Source of the DNA: an uncultured Planctomycetaceae bacterium
Lineage (GTDB): Bacteria; Planctomycetota; Planctomycetia; Planctomycetales; Planctomycetaceae
Assembly: GCA_963815195.1 (NCBI GenBank)
Contig: CAWFGE010000013.1
Span: 992,001 to 1,056,000, forward strand
Reading direction: 5' to 3'
DNA: 64,000 nucleotides
Below, piece by piece: positions 42,240 through 53,551 of the stretch. Below the pieces are notes generated by a model. That model saw only the letters and a list, made by a program, of their open reading frames with translations, made no database searches and was not told where the DNA came from. Every line of letters begins with the position of its first letter. Within the stretch, counting starts at the first letter, position 1. The position numbers were made by a program, and so were the translations under genes.

Positions 42240-43802
42240 ATGAACCGCCTGCACCCGGCTTGGGGATTTTGCATCTTTCTTGTTTTGACCGGCAGCCCTC
42301 GGCTTTTCGCCCAGGACCAGGAAAAAAAAGAGCCAAAACCCGCCGCGGCTTTGGCTCAAAAAATCGAGCCGATCGACGCCGACACCAAAACCAAAGAAAC
42401 GGTCCACGTCACGCATCATACCGCGAAAATCGCCGGCAAGACAATCGCGTACACCGCGACCGCGGGCACGCTGGAGATGACTTCCGACGAAGGCAAAAAG
42501 AAGGCCGAGATGTTTTTCGTCGCCTACACGAAGGACGATGCCCAGGAAGATCAACGTCGACCCGTGACGTTCTGCTTCAACGGCGGGCCGGGGTCTTCGT
42601 CGGTGTGGCTGCACATGGGGATGCTCGGCCCCCAGCGCGTGGAACTCAATGACGAAGCCCAACCCACGCCGCCGCCCGGCCGGCTTGTGGAAAATCAATT
42701 CTCGTTATTAGACATCACCGATCTCGTCTTCATCGATCCGGTGAGCACAGGTTTCAGCCGGCCCGCCCAAGGGGAGAACAAGCAGCAGTTCCACGGCTAC
42801 GAAGAAGACATCCGCTCCGTCGGGCAGTTCATCTACTTCTATACGTCAAAGTATAAGCGCTGGCTGTCGCCCAAGTTTTTGATCGGCGAAAGCTACGGGA
42901 CATTAAGAGCCGCGGGCCTCGCGGGGCATTTGCAGGACCGCTACTATATGGACCTCAATGGCATCGCGCTCATTTCCAGCGTGCTGGATTTTCAGACCTT
43001 GAGCTTCGGAACAAACACAAACCTCCCCTATATTCTCTACTTTCCCAGCTATACGGCGACGGCGTGGTATCACAAACAACTGCCCAAGGATCTGCAAGAC
43101 CAGGAACTCGAAAAAGTGCTCGTGGAAGCGGAGCGATTCGCGATGAACGACTATGCCGAGGCCCTGCTGAAAGGCGCGACGCTCTCCAAGCGGGAGCAAA
43201 AAGAAGTTGCGAAAACCTTTGCACGATATACCGGGCTCTCGAAGGATTTTGTGGAACTCTCGAACCTCCGCGTGAGCAGCAGCCGGTTTGCCAAAGAGCT
43301 TATGAGAAACAAACGCCGGACGATCGGGCGGTTTGACAGCCGGTATACCGGCATCGACCGGGACGCGGCGGGGGACCGCTATGAATATGACGCGAGCGCT
43401 GCCGCGCTGTTCGGCCCCTTTACCGCCGTCCTCAATCACTATCTCCGCGCCGAACTGAACGTGGAGCGGGACAAGATTTATGAAATCCTCACGTCGAACG
43501 TGCATCCCTGGAGTTATAAGAGTTTTGAAAACCGCTATGTCGCGGCTTCCGAGACGTTGCGGGGGGCGATGACTCAAAACGAGTTCCTCAAAGTCTTTGT
43601 CGCCAGCGGGTATTATGATCTGGCCACGCCCTATTTTGCGACCGATTATACCTTCAACCAGATGGCTTTGGCGCCATCGCTTCGCAAGAACGTCTCCGTC
43701 CACTATTATGAAGCGGGACATATGATGTATGTCCGCGAGTCGTCCCTCAAAAAACTCCGCGGAGATTTGGAGCGGTTCTATCGCTCGGCCCTGAAAAAGT
43801 AA
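42240..43802 (+). CDS. Exported serine carboxypeptidase, S10 family
   Basis: FNGGPGSSS, IDPVSTGFS, GESYG, GYYDLATP, YEAGHMMY. Confidence 0.92.
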   Translation: MNRLHPAWGFCIFLVLTGSPRLFAQDQEKKEPKPAAALAQKIEPIDADTKTKETVHVTHHTAKIAGKTIAYTATAGTLEMTSDEGKKKAEMFFVAYTKDDAQEDQRRPVTFCFNGGPGSSSVWLHMGMLGPQRVELNDEAQPTPPPGRLVENQFSLLDITDLVFIDPVSTGFSRPAQGENKQQFHGYEEDIRSVGQFIYFYTSKYKRWLSPKFLIGESYGTLRAAGLAGHLQDRYYMDLNGIALISSVLDFQTLSFGTNTNLPYILYFPSYTATAWYHKQLPKDLQDQELEKVLVEAERFAMNDYAEALLKGATLSKREQKEVAKTFARYTGLSKDFVELSNLRVSSSRFAKELMRNKRRTIGRFDSRYTGIDRDAAGDRYEYDASAAALFGPFTAVLNHYLRAELNVERDKIYEILTSNVHPWSYKSFENRYVAASETLRGAMTQNEFLKVFVASGYYDLATPYFATDYTFNQMALAPSLRKNVSVHYYEAGHMMYVRESSLKKLRGDLERFYRSALKK

Positions 43803-43868
43803 TTAAGGACATCGCCCGATCATGATGGGAATCGCCCCGCGGCTGAATAATGCTAGAGGACGCGCACC

Positions 43869-44693
43869 GTGAAAAGTTTGCCCGGGAAAATTGCCGAAGC
43901 ACTGGCGTTTCTCAACGAGAAATGGCCCGTGGTTCCCCAGGTCGGTTTGATTCTGGGAACCGGTCTGGGAAAGCTCGCCGACGAAATCGAGGCGGACGTA
44001 CGGATTCCCTATGCCGACATCCCGCATTTTCCGACTTCCACAGTCGAGTCCCACACCGGCCAACTCGTGTGCGGGAAACTCCGGGGCCGGTCGGTCGTGG
44101 CGATGGAAGGCCGCTTCCATTATTACGAAGGCTATTCGCTCGAACAGGTCACGTTTCCCGTCCGCGTGATGAAATCCCTGGGCGTGGAAACGCTGTTCAT
44201 CACGAATGCCGCGGGCGGGATGAATCCCCAATACGACCTGGCCGACGTGGTGATCATCGAAGACCACATCAACTTCCTGCCGGACAACCCGCTGCGGGGC
44301 GTGAACGAGGAAGACCTGGGGCCCCGCTTCCCGGACATGCTGGAACCCTACGACCAGAAGCTCGTCCGCCTGGCGAAGGAAACGGCGCTCGAGTTAGGCA
44401 TCGCGGCTCACACGGGCGTGTTCGTGGCGGTGCCGGGTCCGAATCTGGAAACCCGCGCGGAATACCGCATGCTGCGGCAATGGGGAGCCGACGTTGTGGG
44501 CATGTCCACCGTCCCCGAAGTCCTCGTCGCCAAGCACGCCAACCTCCGCACCGTGGCGTTTTCGCTGGTGACCGATCTGTGCCTGCCCGATGCCTTGGAA
44601 CCGGCGGACATCCAGAAGATCCTGGAAGTCGCCGGCCGAGGCGGAGAACGCCTGGGCCGCCTCATTGGCCGCATGATCGAGAAGCTGAACTGA
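43869..44693 (+). CDS. punA: Purine-nucleoside phosphorylase (trimeric type)
   Basis: [38 protein letters not shown]. Confidence 0.92.
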   Translation: MKSLPGKIAEALAFLNEKWPVVPQVGLILGTGLGKLADEIEADVRIPYADIPHFPTSTVESHTGQLVCGKLRGRSVVAMEGRFHYYEGYSLEQVTFPVRVMKSLGVETLFITNAAGGMNPQYDLADVVIIEDHINFLPDNPLRGVNEEDLGPRFPDMLEPYDQKLVRLAKETALELGIAAHTGVFVAVPGPNLETRAEYRMLRQWGADVVGMSTVPEVLVAKHANLRTVAFSLVTDLCLPDALEPADIQKILEVAGRGGERLGRLIGRMIEKLN

Positions 44694-44725
44694 TCCGCCT
44701 CTTTATCTACGCTTCCTCCGCGGCA

Positions 44726-44868
44726 GGTTGGCTGGGGCGCAATGGAATGTTCCAAGGAAAAAGCAGATTTGAGGCCTGGGGCCGTGCGAAATTTTTCTCG
44801 CTCGGCCACAGCCCCAGCATTCACAGTTCTAGCCTTACTCCAAGGGGAATTTGCGCCCCAGCCACGCA
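44726..44868 (+). mobile_element. MITE-like element, copy 3 (outer ends missing)
   Basis: Perfect 14-bp IR TGGCTGGGGCGCAA (44729-44742) / TTGCGCCCCAGCCA (44851-44864); interior colinear with copies 1 and 2. Confidence 0.7.
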
Positions 44869-44906
44869 AACCGAGAAGCTGGACTGAACCGGAGGGGAGT
44901 CGATCG

Positions 44907-45539
44907 TCAGTGGGGTTGTCCGAACCAACCCTCCTCGTCGAACTTCGGAATGTATGGCAGTTCGAGCACAGGGAAATCGGAGAATGCCCAAATTGCCTCT
45001 TTGAGCTTGGGCGTGAGAAAAATGGCACGCAGATCATTGCCCCCATCTACGGCATAAAGCCGCTCGTCTGTTTGAGCCGTTTCAAGCATTTCGTTGACCA
45101 GGCCAAACGTTCGGACGGTGGTTAGGCCCCAAGTGAGACCCGGCCGCCCGTTTCGTTCTTGTTCGAACTCGGCCAAACTCCAAATCAATCGCTCGTCGCG
45201 GTTGAGGGTGACTGTGTAATCGTGGTTCCCCCAATTGTTCGAAACGGAGAATGTCATATTGAGGCGTTCGAGGAATGGTTTGATTTCTCGAAGAAACTTG
45301 GCGACCCCGCCTTCCGAGAGATTCTCAGCGTCGACCCAGAAAAACCGCGGATTGTCGTCGATCGCGTTCCATCCCCGTTCAAGAATGCTCGCGGTGCACG
45401 CATCGATCTCCGAATCGGTGAAGTGGGCGAAGAACCCGAGTTCCCGGAGTTCGGCGAGCACGGAATTTTGGTCCGGCTTGCGTCGGCGACCGGAAAACAG
45501 GGAATCAACACCGAGTGATGAAAATAGGGATCGAAGCAT
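44907..45539 (-). CDS. Hypothetical protein
   Basis: 210-aa ORF with normal composition and motif-like segments DAENLSEGG and ERLYAVDGGND; no family assigned. Confidence 0.6.
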   Translation of the reverse strand: MLRSLFSSLGVDSLFSGRRRKPDQNSVLAELRELGFFAHFTDSEIDACTASILERGWNAIDDNPRFFWVDAENLSEGGVAKFLREIKPFLERLNMTFSVSNNWGNHDYTVTLNRDERLIWSLAEFEQERNGRPGLTWGLTTVRTFGLVNEMLETAQTDERLYAVDGGNDLRAIFLTPKLKEAIWAFSDFPVLELPYIPKFDEEGWFGQPH

Positions 45540-45578
45540 TGGATTCGTCCTTTGCCGTTAAGTATGGCGGGCCCGCCG

Positions 45579-46685
45579 TCACGGGTGATACCAGAACACC
45601 AGCGCGAAGAACACGTACACCGCGAGGAACATCGTTCCTTCGAGCCAGTTGGATTCGCCGTCGCTTAAGCCCGCGGAGGCGATCAAGGTCGCGGCGATGA
45701 GGGCCAACAGTTCGAACGGGTTGAACTTCATCGGCATGAAGTCGTCGCCGATCCACAGCGAGGCGATCACCAAAACCGGGGTGACCATTAACGCGACTTG
45801 AAGGCAGGAGCCCATGGCGATCTGGAACGAAAGCTCCATTTTGTTCTCGCGGGCGACCCACACGGCCACCATGCCCTCCGCCGCGTTGCCCACGACCGCC
45901 ACGACGATCACGCCGATGAACATCTCGCTCATGTCGAAGGTCTTGTTCTCGTTCATGAACTCGATCGAACTCACGAAGGCTTCACTCAAATAGGCGACCC
46001 CGGCGGTCGCCAAAAGGAGCATGACAATCGCCGTCCGCATCGACCAGTCGGCGTGGTGGTCTTCCTCATCCACCGGCATAAACAGAAACTTGTGCGTCCG
46101 CATTGAAAACACAAGACCGGCGACGTAAATCAAGAGCAAAATCACCGCCCCCGAAAGCGAAATGCTCTTAAGCAGCGCAGGCGCATCGCGGGGGGCGATG
46201 CTCTGATCGAGTTGCAGGGCGATCTGCAATAGGCTGGGCACCATAATGATCACCACCGCGATCCAGAGCATCCCCACGTTGACGTGCGCCCCGGTGCGGG
46301 AGAATTTCTGGGTGGGATATTTCATTCCGCCGTAAACCATCGCCGCCCCCAAGACCAAGAGCAGGTTTCCCAGAATGGACCCCGTAATCGAGGACAGCAC
46401 AACCTCGTGCAGGCCCTTGCTGAGCGCGAAAAGCGCGATGATGAGTTCCGTCACGTTCCCGAAGGTCGCGTTCAAGAGTCCGCCCCACAAGGGCCCGGCG
46501 TAGACGGCGATCTCCTCCGTGCCCTTGGCGATCAACGTCACCGTGCCCAGGATGCCCACCGCCGATGCCAGAAACAGCGCCAACCCTTCCTGGCCGGCGA
46601 GTTGCAGGCCGATGGTCACCGGCAAAAACACCAACAGCACCGAAAGTTTGGGGAGCGTTTTCAAAAACCTGGCAGCTTCGGCCAT
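45579..46685 (-). CDS. Ca2+/H+ antiporter (CAX/ChaA family)
   Basis: GGLLNATFGNVTE, GSILGNLLL, VGNAAEG, GSCLQVALMV; ~11 TMs. Confidence 0.92.
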   Translation of the reverse strand: MAEAARFLKTLPKLSVLLVFLPVTIGLQLAGQEGLALFLASAVGILGTVTLIAKGTEEIAVYAGPLWGGLLNATFGNVTELIIALFALSKGLHEVVLSSITGSILGNLLLVLGAAMVYGGMKYPTQKFSRTGAHVNVGMLWIAVVIIMVPSLLQIALQLDQSIAPRDAPALLKSISLSGAVILLLIYVAGLVFSMRTHKFLFMPVDEEDHHADWSMRTAIVMLLLATAGVAYLSEAFVSSIEFMNENKTFDMSEMFIGVIVVAVVGNAAEGMVAVWVARENKMELSFQIAMGSCLQVALMVTPVLVIASLWIGDDFMPMKFNPFELLALIAATLIASAGLSDGESNWLEGTMFLAVYVFFALVFWYHP

Positions 46686-46993
46686 CAGCAAGTCCCTAGT
46701 TGACGTATGCCTTAGTGAGGAGATCAGTTCCGCGAGGGCACTGTAACCGACCTGGCACACGACGTTAAGCGTCCCCGAACGCTCGCCCGATCTTTCAAAG
46801 GATGGGGTTTTCGGAGATTTGCTCAAAAAAGCGGTTGGGAACGCGATTCGCATTGGCGGAGTTGTGCCGAACCGGGTTTTTCGGGAAATGCCGGCGGATC
46901 GGCGGCGGGAGTTTCTGCTTGACCCTGCCGGAGGGACTGGCCTATGATGGTATCTGAAATGTATGCAAAGACAGCGAACGAGGATTCTTACGA

Positions 46994-47960
46994 ATGCACA
47001 CACTCGGTCACGTATTTATCTGGTTGATTGCCGTGGGGGCATTGGCGGCGTCTTTCCTGACGGCGAAAACCTACGATGTCCGCAACAGTTGGATCAAAAA
47101 GGTCGACCAGCTCGAAAGAGCAGACGGACGCCAACAAGCCCGTCATCGCGGAACGAGAAGCCCATCTGAAGAAGCTTCAGGAGGAATTCCACCAGACGAT
47201 GCTCGGCTGGGGCGATTATTGGAGGCAAGTCGGCGGGCAGTTGATTCTGCAAGGCCCAGGTGCCGGCAGCTTCGTCACGAGCAACCTGGGCCGGGCCCGC
47301 GGTTTGGGGGCCGTCGCGCCCGCGCCGGCGGGACAGGGACAGGCCGCGCCGCCAGCGTCCGCGCCGCCGATCGTGTACGTGTTCCAAAAAGATCCCCAAA
47401 ACGGCACATCCCGCTATGTGGGTTCCTATCAACTCGACCCAGCCCGCCTGGACGACAACGCGGCCACGTTCTATCCCACCTGGACGATTCGCCCGTCCGA
47501 TTTTGAAGGGATCGATCCCAACGGCGACTTCCGCGTCCGCACGATGGTCCCCGCGCATTTCACTTCAAACTATGCGACCATCCGGGGCGAGATGATCATC
47601 ACGGAAAGGGGTCTCGTCGACAAGCAACAGGCCCTGCAAGAGGAAATCCAGCAGGACCAGATGGCCCAGGAGATTCTCGACCTCAGGACCAACCAGCTCA
47701 AAGGCGACCCGAACTTCGCCGGCGACCCCAAGGCCCCCTTGGACAAGGCCGGGCTCGTGGCCCAGATGGAAGCCGCCGAGGACGCCCGCAACATGGAACT
47801 CGCCGAGCTCGACCGCTGGCGGCGGAAGGTCAAAAACGCCAACGACGAAATGCAGGACTTGATCAAAGCCAACCGCGACTTGGAAAAGGAACTGGAAAAA
47901 ATCGCAACGCCGTCCAAGCCCGCGGAGCCGGAAGTCGCCGCCAAGGTCACCAGTCGATAA
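46994..47960 (+). CDS. Membrane-anchored coiled-coil hypothetical protein; frameshift ~47114
   Basis: MHTLGHVFIWLIAVGALAASFL N-terminal TM joins ORF 47076-47960; coiled-coil C-term. Confidence 0.65.
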
Positions 47961-48021
47961 CCGAGCGTTCGCCTCGGCCCCCCTCAATTTCAGCATCAGC
48001 CCAGGGAAATGGGCTTCTCTT

Positions 48022-49059
48022 ATGGGTATTGAAAATCGCGATTACGTCCGCGGCGGATCCTCGGGGTATGGCGGATATGCTACCTACGGCGGCTACGGAT
48101 CCGGCCGAATGCCCCCCGCCTGCAAGTGGTTTTTGATTTTGAACATCGTGGTGTTCGTCCTGCAACTCCTCTGGACCGCGGGCCCCACCGACACTGAGAT
48201 GAAGAATTACCAGTCTCAGTTGGAAAAGCAATATCGCCAACTGCGGAACCAGTCGCCGGAGGAAGCGAATCGCGAGATCGAATTCGCCCTTCATGAGATC
48301 AAATTGAATGTCCGCTATTCCGTCATCGGGCGTGCGTTTGAGCTGGCTCCCCAGAAAATCTTTCCCGGCTTTCAACTCTGGCGACTTGTGACGTACGCCT
48401 TCTGCCACGATAAAAACGATGTGTTTCACATCATCTTCAACATGCTGGCCCTCTGGTTCTTTGGTCCGACGCTCGAACGCATGTACGGCACGCGGGAGTT
48501 CGCGTGGTTCTACCTGATGGCGGCCGTCGTGTCGGGGCTCGCGTTTGTCGGCCTGGAGTTGATCTTGGGTTCGCTGCATCCCGTCATCGGAGCGTCCGGG
48601 GCGATCATGGCGGTGCTCATGCTCTACGCCATCCACTATCCCCGGCAGATCATCCGCATCTGGGGCATCATCCCGATCGAAGTCCGCTGGATCGTCGGCT
48701 TTTATCTGATCTACGATCTGTACCCCGTGCTGAAAGCCTTAGGCGGAGACTCGCCCGGCGACCATGTGGCCCATGCCGCTCACTTGGGCGGGCTGGCCTT
48801 CGGTTATGCGTACTTCAAATACCAACTGCAGCTCGAACGGCTCTTTCGCGGGTTGAAGGTGCCGAATTTTGCCTCCCGCGAACCGCGGCCGATGTCGCGG
48901 GGCAACCTTCGGCTCTACGAACCGCCGAGTGCCGAGGATCTCGACAATCAGGTCGATGCGATTCTCGAAAAGATTTCCCAGACCGGCGAAGCCAGCCTGA
49001 CCGACCAGGAACGCGAAATCCTCAAAGCCGCCAGCAACCGCTACAAAAAACGCTCGTGA
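48022..49059 (+). CDS. Rhomboid family intramembrane serine protease with DUF6576-like C-terminus
   Basis: WRLVTYAFCH, HIIFNML, GASG, AHLGG; C-term VDAILEKISQTGEASLTDQER..L. Confidence 0.92.
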   Translation: MGIENRDYVRGGSSGYGGYATYGGYGSGRMPPACKWFLILNIVVFVLQLLWTAGPTDTEMKNYQSQLEKQYRQLRNQSPEEANREIEFALHEIKLNVRYSVIGRAFELAPQKIFPGFQLWRLVTYAFCHDKNDVFHIIFNMLALWFFGPTLERMYGTREFAWFYLMAAVVSGLAFVGLELILGSLHPVIGASGAIMAVLMLYAIHYPRQIIRIWGIIPIEVRWIVGFYLIYDLYPVLKALGGDSPGDHVAHAAHLGGLAFGYAYFKYQLQLERLFRGLKVPNFASREPRPMSRGNLRLYEPPSAEDLDNQVDAILEKISQTGEASLTDQEREILKAASNRYKKRS

Positions 49060-49356
49060 GTGAGAGCCCGGCGTTTGAAGAATTCCCCCCCCCAAGCCGC
49101 CGGCTTGCCGGCGGACCGACGCCAAGGCGTCGGCTTGGGTTCACCGCGACAAAAAACGCTCGTGAGTGAGAGCCCGGCGTTTGAAGAATTCCCCCCCCAA
49201 GCCGCCGGCTTGCCGGCGGACCGACGCCAAGGCGTCGGCTTGGGTTCACCGCGACAAAAAACGCTCGTGAGTGAAAGCCCGGCGTTTGAAGAATTCCCCC
49301 CAAGCCGCCGGCTTGCCGGCGGACCGACGCCAAGGCGTCGGCTTGGGTTGAAGAAT
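49043..49356 (+). repeat. Three tandem ~105-bp units, each with a Y-shaped palindrome (BIME-like)
   Basis: Units at 49043-49148, 49149-49253 and 49254-49349 differ only in C-run length and one base; each contains CCCAAG-CCGCCGGCTTGCCGGCGG-A-CCGACGCCAAGGCGTCGG-CTTGGG. Confidence 0.92.
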
Positions 49357-49366
49357 CGATAATCTG

Positions 49367-50467
49367 TCACTTCCCGCGGCGGTAGAAGGGGAGCTTCACC
49401 GTCTGGGCGGGGATTCGCTGGTTGCGGATTTCCACTTCGACTTTCGTCCCCGGCTTGGCGAGAGACTTTTCGAGATAGCCCATCGCGATTGATTTTTCGA
49501 GCGTGGGCGAAAACGTGCCGGAGGTGATTTCGCCAGCTTCGTTCCCATCGTGGAAGATCTCCGAGCCTTCGCGGGCAATCCGCCGGCCTTCCAGTTCCAA
49601 TCCCACGCGGCGGCGCGTGACTTGATCCTTTAGACTTTTGAGCGCGGGCTGCCCCAGAAATTCGTCCTTTTCCAACTGCACCGCGAAGCTCAACCCCGCC
49701 GTGAAGGGGTCGATCTCTTCGGACAGTTCGTGCCCGTACAAAGGCATCGCCGCTTCCAGCCGCAACGTGTCCCGGCAACCCAGCCCGGCCGGTTTTAAGC
49801 CCGCGGCCCGGCCTTGGTCCATCAAGCTTTCCCAAAGCGGAATGCCCTTCTCGGCGGGGAGGATGATCTCGAACCCGTCCTCGCCGGTGTAACCCGTGCG
49901 GGAAAGAATCGCAGGCACGCCAAACAGTTCGCATTCCCGCCCGGTGTAATACGCGAGGCTGTCCCCATCGATGGCGGGCTTCGTGATCTGATTCAGAATT
50001 CCCACGCTCGCCGGCCCCTGAAGCGCCACCATCGCAGTGTTTTGGGTTTGATCCTCGACTTCCACATCGAATCCCGACTTGTGGGTGTTGATCCAATCCA
50101 GAATCTTGGGGCGATTGGAGGCATTCACCACGAGAAGATACCGCTCGGGAAACCGGTAAACCAGAATATCGTCCAGAATGCCCCCTTGCTCATTGGTCAC
50201 GAGCCCATAGCGAATTTGCCCTTCCTCAAGAGCGGAGACATCGCAGGTCAACAGGTGATTCAAGAACCTTCGGGCATCGGGGCCTTCAAAAAACACTCGG
50301 CCCATGTGGGCGATGTCGAACAGTCCCGCCCGCGTGCGGACGGCCCCATGTTCCTCGGCGATGCGGGAATACTGCACCGGCATGTCCCAGCCCGCGAAGT
50401 CCACCATCCGCCCGCCATGCTGGGCGTGCCAATCGTGACAGGGGGTTTTTAGCAAAGAGTTAGTCAT
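49367..50467 (-). CDS. gcvT: Glycine cleavage system aminomethyltransferase T
   Basis: [55 protein letters not shown]. Confidence 0.96.
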   Translation of the reverse strand: MTNSLLKTPCHDWHAQHGGRMVDFAGWDMPVQYSRIAEEHGAVRTRAGLFDIAHMGRVFFEGPDARRFLNHLLTCDVSALEEGQIRYGLVTNEQGGILDDILVYRFPERYLLVVNASNRPKILDWINTHKSGFDVEVEDQTQNTAMVALQGPASVGILNQITKPAIDGDSLAYYTGRECELFGVPAILSRTGYTGEDGFEIILPAEKGIPLWESLMDQGRAAGLKPAGLGCRDTLRLEAAMPLYGHELSEEIDPFTAGLSFAVQLEKDEFLGQPALKSLKDQVTRRRVGLELEGRRIAREGSEIFHDGNEAGEITSGTFSPTLEKSIAMGYLEKSLAKPGTKVEVEIRNQRIPAQTVKLPFYRRGK

Positions 50468-50575
50468 GAGGGCTTCCTGTGGAATCGAAGAATCGTCGTC
50501 CTCTTGTACGTTTCTAAAATGTCGTTGACCAAGCATCGATTGAAAAGTGAACACGTCAATGGCAATGGTTTGAAT

Positions 50576-50697
50576 AGCCGCGAAGCGGCGGCAGCATCTC
50601 GCTGCCGGCGTAAGCCGGCAGATCCAGAGGACTCCAAAAACCAATGAGCCGCGAAGCGGCGACAGCAATTCTCCATTGCTAGCGCCGCTTCGCGGCT
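50576..50697. repeat. REP-like cluster (AGCCGCGAAGCGGCG family)
   Basis: Direct copies at 50576 and 50647, inverted copy at 50683-50697, internal hairpin CTGCCGGC-GTAA-GCCGGCAG. Confidence 0.8.
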
Positions 50698-50723
50698 AAG
50701 ATCAACGTCCGGGGAATAGTCCC

Positions 50724-51516
50724 TCAGGCTTCCTCTTCGTGGGAGCACAAGGAGGCCCGCATGAATTCGCGGTTCATGCGGTGGATGTTGGTGACGGAAA
50801 TCCCCGCGGGGCACGCGGCTTCGCATTGGTTGGTGTTGGTGCAGGAGCCGAAGCCTTCCTCGTCCATCTGGGCCACCATCTTGAGGACCCGGCGATTGCG
50901 TTCGGGCTGGCCTTGGGGCAACAGGGCCAACTGCGAAACTTTGGCGCTTGTAAACAGCATCGCCGACGCGTTTTTGCAAGCGGCGACGCAAGCACCACAG
51001 CCGATGCAGGCGGCGGCGTTCATCGACAGGTCGGCGTTTTCCTTGGGCACAGGGAGGGCGTTCGCGTCCTGGGCATTTCCGGTGTTGACGGAGATGTAAC
51101 CCCCCGCCTGGATGATGCGGTCGAACGCCGAGCGGTCCACGACAAGGTCTTTCAGCACCGGAAACGCCCGCGCCCGCCAGGGTTCGATCACGATCGTATC
51201 GCCGTTTTCGAAACCGCCGCATGTGCAGCTGGCAGGTCGTGGTTTCCGCGTCGGGGCCGTGGGGCCGGCCGTTGATCACCACGCCGCACATCCCGCAGAT
51301 GCCTTCCCGGCAGTCGTGGTCGAAGGCGACCGGTTCTTCGCCCCGCGCGATCAGCTGCTCGTTCAACACGTCGAGCATTTCCAGAAACGACATGTGCGTG
51401 GAAATGCCGTGGAGCTTGTAGGTCTGAAACCCGCCCTTGGCGTCCGCGCTCGGCTGCCGCCAGATTTGCAGGGTCAAATCGAGCAGTTCACCATCCGCAT
51501 GAGCCGCGTCAATCAT
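50724..51516 (-). CDS. sdhB: Succinate dehydrogenase/fumarate reductase iron-sulfur subunit; frameshift ~51210
   Basis: [46 protein letters not shown]....QCEAACP; TAATG overlap with sdhA. Confidence 0.93.
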
Positions 51517-53453
51517 TATTTGTAGCTCCGAGTGGTCAAGGGGACTTCGTTGAATGTCAAAGGCTCTTTGTGGAGCGTGGCTTCGTCGCCGACGCCATTG
51601 AACTCCCAAGCCGCGACGTAGCAGAAGTTCTCATCGTCGCGCCGGGCTTCGCCTTCCTCGGTCTGGTACTCCTCGCGGAAGTGGCCGCCGCAGGATTCGT
51701 TCCGATGCAGGGCATCCTGGGCGAAGAACTCGCCGAACTCCAGAAAGTCCGCCACGCGGCCCGCATGCTCCAGGTTCTGGTTGAGTTCTTCGCCGGTGCC
51801 CAAAACCTTCACCGACCGCCAGAACTCGTCCCGCAGGTCGCGAATCTGGCTCGCGGCTTCTTTGAGGCCCTCGGCGTTTCTCGCCATGCCGCATTTGTTC
51901 CACATGATCTCACCCAGCTCGCGGTGCAGGTGGTCCACGGACTTCCGGCCTTTGACCTGAAGGATGCGTTCGATCCGCTCGCGGGCATCGACCATGGTTT
52001 CTTTGAAGGCGGGATGATTGACGGTGACCTTGGGGAAATCGGTGCGGGCCAGGTGATCGCCTACGGTGTAAGGCACGATGAAGTAGCCGTCCGCGAGGCC
52101 TTGCATCAAAGCGCTCGCTCCCAGGCGGTTCGCCCCGTGGTCGGAGAAGTTCGCTTCGCCGAGCACGAACAGGCCGGGCACATTCGATTGCAGGTTGTAA
52201 TCGACCCAGAGCCCGCCCATCGTGTAATGCACGGCGGGATAGATCCGCATGGGAACCCGGTAAGGGTCTTCTGCCGTGATTTTCTGATACATGTGGAACA
52301 GGTTGCCGTATTTCGCGCGGATCACATCTTCGCCGTCGCGTTTGATGGCATCGCGGAAATCGAGATACACGGCCTTGCCGCTTTCGCCGACGCCGTAGCC
52401 CGCGTCGCAGCGCTCTTTCGCCGCGCGGGAGGCGACATCGCGGGGCACCATGTTCCCGAACGCCGGGTATCGGCGTTCCAGGTAATAGTCGCGGTCTTCG
52501 TCGGGGATGTCGTTGGGTTTGCGGGTTTCGCTTTCGCTTTTGGGGACCCAGACCCGGCCGTCGTTTCGGAGGCTTTCGCTCATCAACGTCAGCTTGGATT
52601 GATAATCCCCCGACACCGGAATGCACGTGGGATGAATCTGCGTGTAGCAGGGATTGGCGAAAAACGCGCCCCTGCGATGGCAACGCCAGGCGGCGGTGAC
52701 ATTGCAGGCCTTGGCGTTCGTGGAAAGATAAAACACGTTCCCGTAGCCGCCCGTGCAAACGAGCACCGCATGGGCGGCGTAGCTTTCAAACGCCCCGGTG
52801 ATGAGGTTCCGGGCGATGATCCCGCGGGCCATGCCGTTGACGAGCACGAGATCGAGCATCTCCCGGCGGGTGAACATCTCGACTTTGCCCGTGGCCACTT
52901 GCCGCATGAGGGCGGAATAGGCCCCCAATAAAAGCTGCTGCCCCGTCTGGCCGCGGGCGTAGAACGTTCTGGAGACCTGCGCGCCGCCGAAGGTGCGGTT
53001 GGCGAGCAGGCCGCCGTATTCGCGGGCGAAGGGGACGCCTTGGGCGACGCATTGGTCGATGATCCCGTTGCTGACTTCCGCCAGGCGATACACGTTCGCT
53101 TCCCGGCTGCGGAAGTCGCCGCCTTTCACGGTGTCGTAAAACAGCCGCCAGATGCTGTCGTTGTCGTTGGGGTAGTTCTTGGCGGCGTTGATCCCGCCTT
53201 GGGCCGCGATGCTGTGGGCCCGCCGGGGCGAATCCTGGATGCAGAAGCACTTGACGTTATACCCGAGCTCTGCCAGCGACGCCGCCGCGGACGCCCCGGC
53301 CAAACCGCTGCCGACGACGATCACATCGTACTTCCGCTTGTTGTTGGGGGAGACGAGCTTGAGTTCGTTTTTGCGGTTGGTCCATTTTTCATGAATGGCC
53401 CCGTCGGGCACGTTGCCATCCAGGATGGAAGCGGATCCGGTAACCTGTGCCAT
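51516..53453 (-). CDS. sdhA: Succinate dehydrogenase/fumarate reductase flavoprotein subunit
   Basis: [52 protein letters not shown]. Confidence 0.96.
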   Translation of the reverse strand: MAQVTGSASILDGNVPDGAIHEKWTNRKNELKLVSPNNKRKYDVIVVGSGLAGASAAASLAELGYNVKCFCIQDSPRRAHSIAAQGGINAAKNYPNDNDSIWRLFYDTVKGGDFRSREANVYRLAEVSNGIIDQCVAQGVPFAREYGGLLANRTFGGAQVSRTFYARGQTGQQLLLGAYSALMRQVATGKVEMFTRREMLDLVLVNGMARGIIARNLITGAFESYAAHAVLVCTGGYGNVFYLSTNAKACNVTAAWRCHRRGAFFANPCYTQIHPTCIPVSGDYQSKLTLMSESLRNDGRVWVPKSESETRKPNDIPDEDRDYYLERRYPAFGNMVPRDVASRAAKERCDAGYGVGESGKAVYLDFRDAIKRDGEDVIRAKYGNLFHMYQKITAEDPYRVPMRIYPAVHYTMGGLWVDYNLQSNVPGLFVLGEANFSDHGANRLGASALMQGLADGYFIVPYTVGDHLARTDFPKVTVNHPAFKETMVDARERIERILQVKGRKSVDHLHRELGEIMWNKCGMARNAEGLKEAASQIRDLRDEFWRSVKVLGTGEELNQNLEHAGRVADFLEFGEFFAQDALHRNESCGGHFREEYQTEEGEARRDDENFCYVAAWEFNGVGDEATLHKEPLTFNEVPLTTRSYK

Positions 53454-53551
53454 GTCTTTTGATCCTTAGGGGGAACGGTTCGGCGGGTGTTTTCGTTTGC
53501 CGGTGATCGTGAAGGAAAGGCGCAATCCAAGAAGTTCAGAACGAACAGGCT

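Noticed and set aside
49043..49349. CRISPR array
   Set aside because: The sequences between palindromes are identical copies of the rhomboid gene end rather than unique spacers; no cas genes
50468..50720. Glycine riboswitch upstream of gcvT
   Set aside because: No aptamer consensus seen; the structure is explained by REP-like repeats
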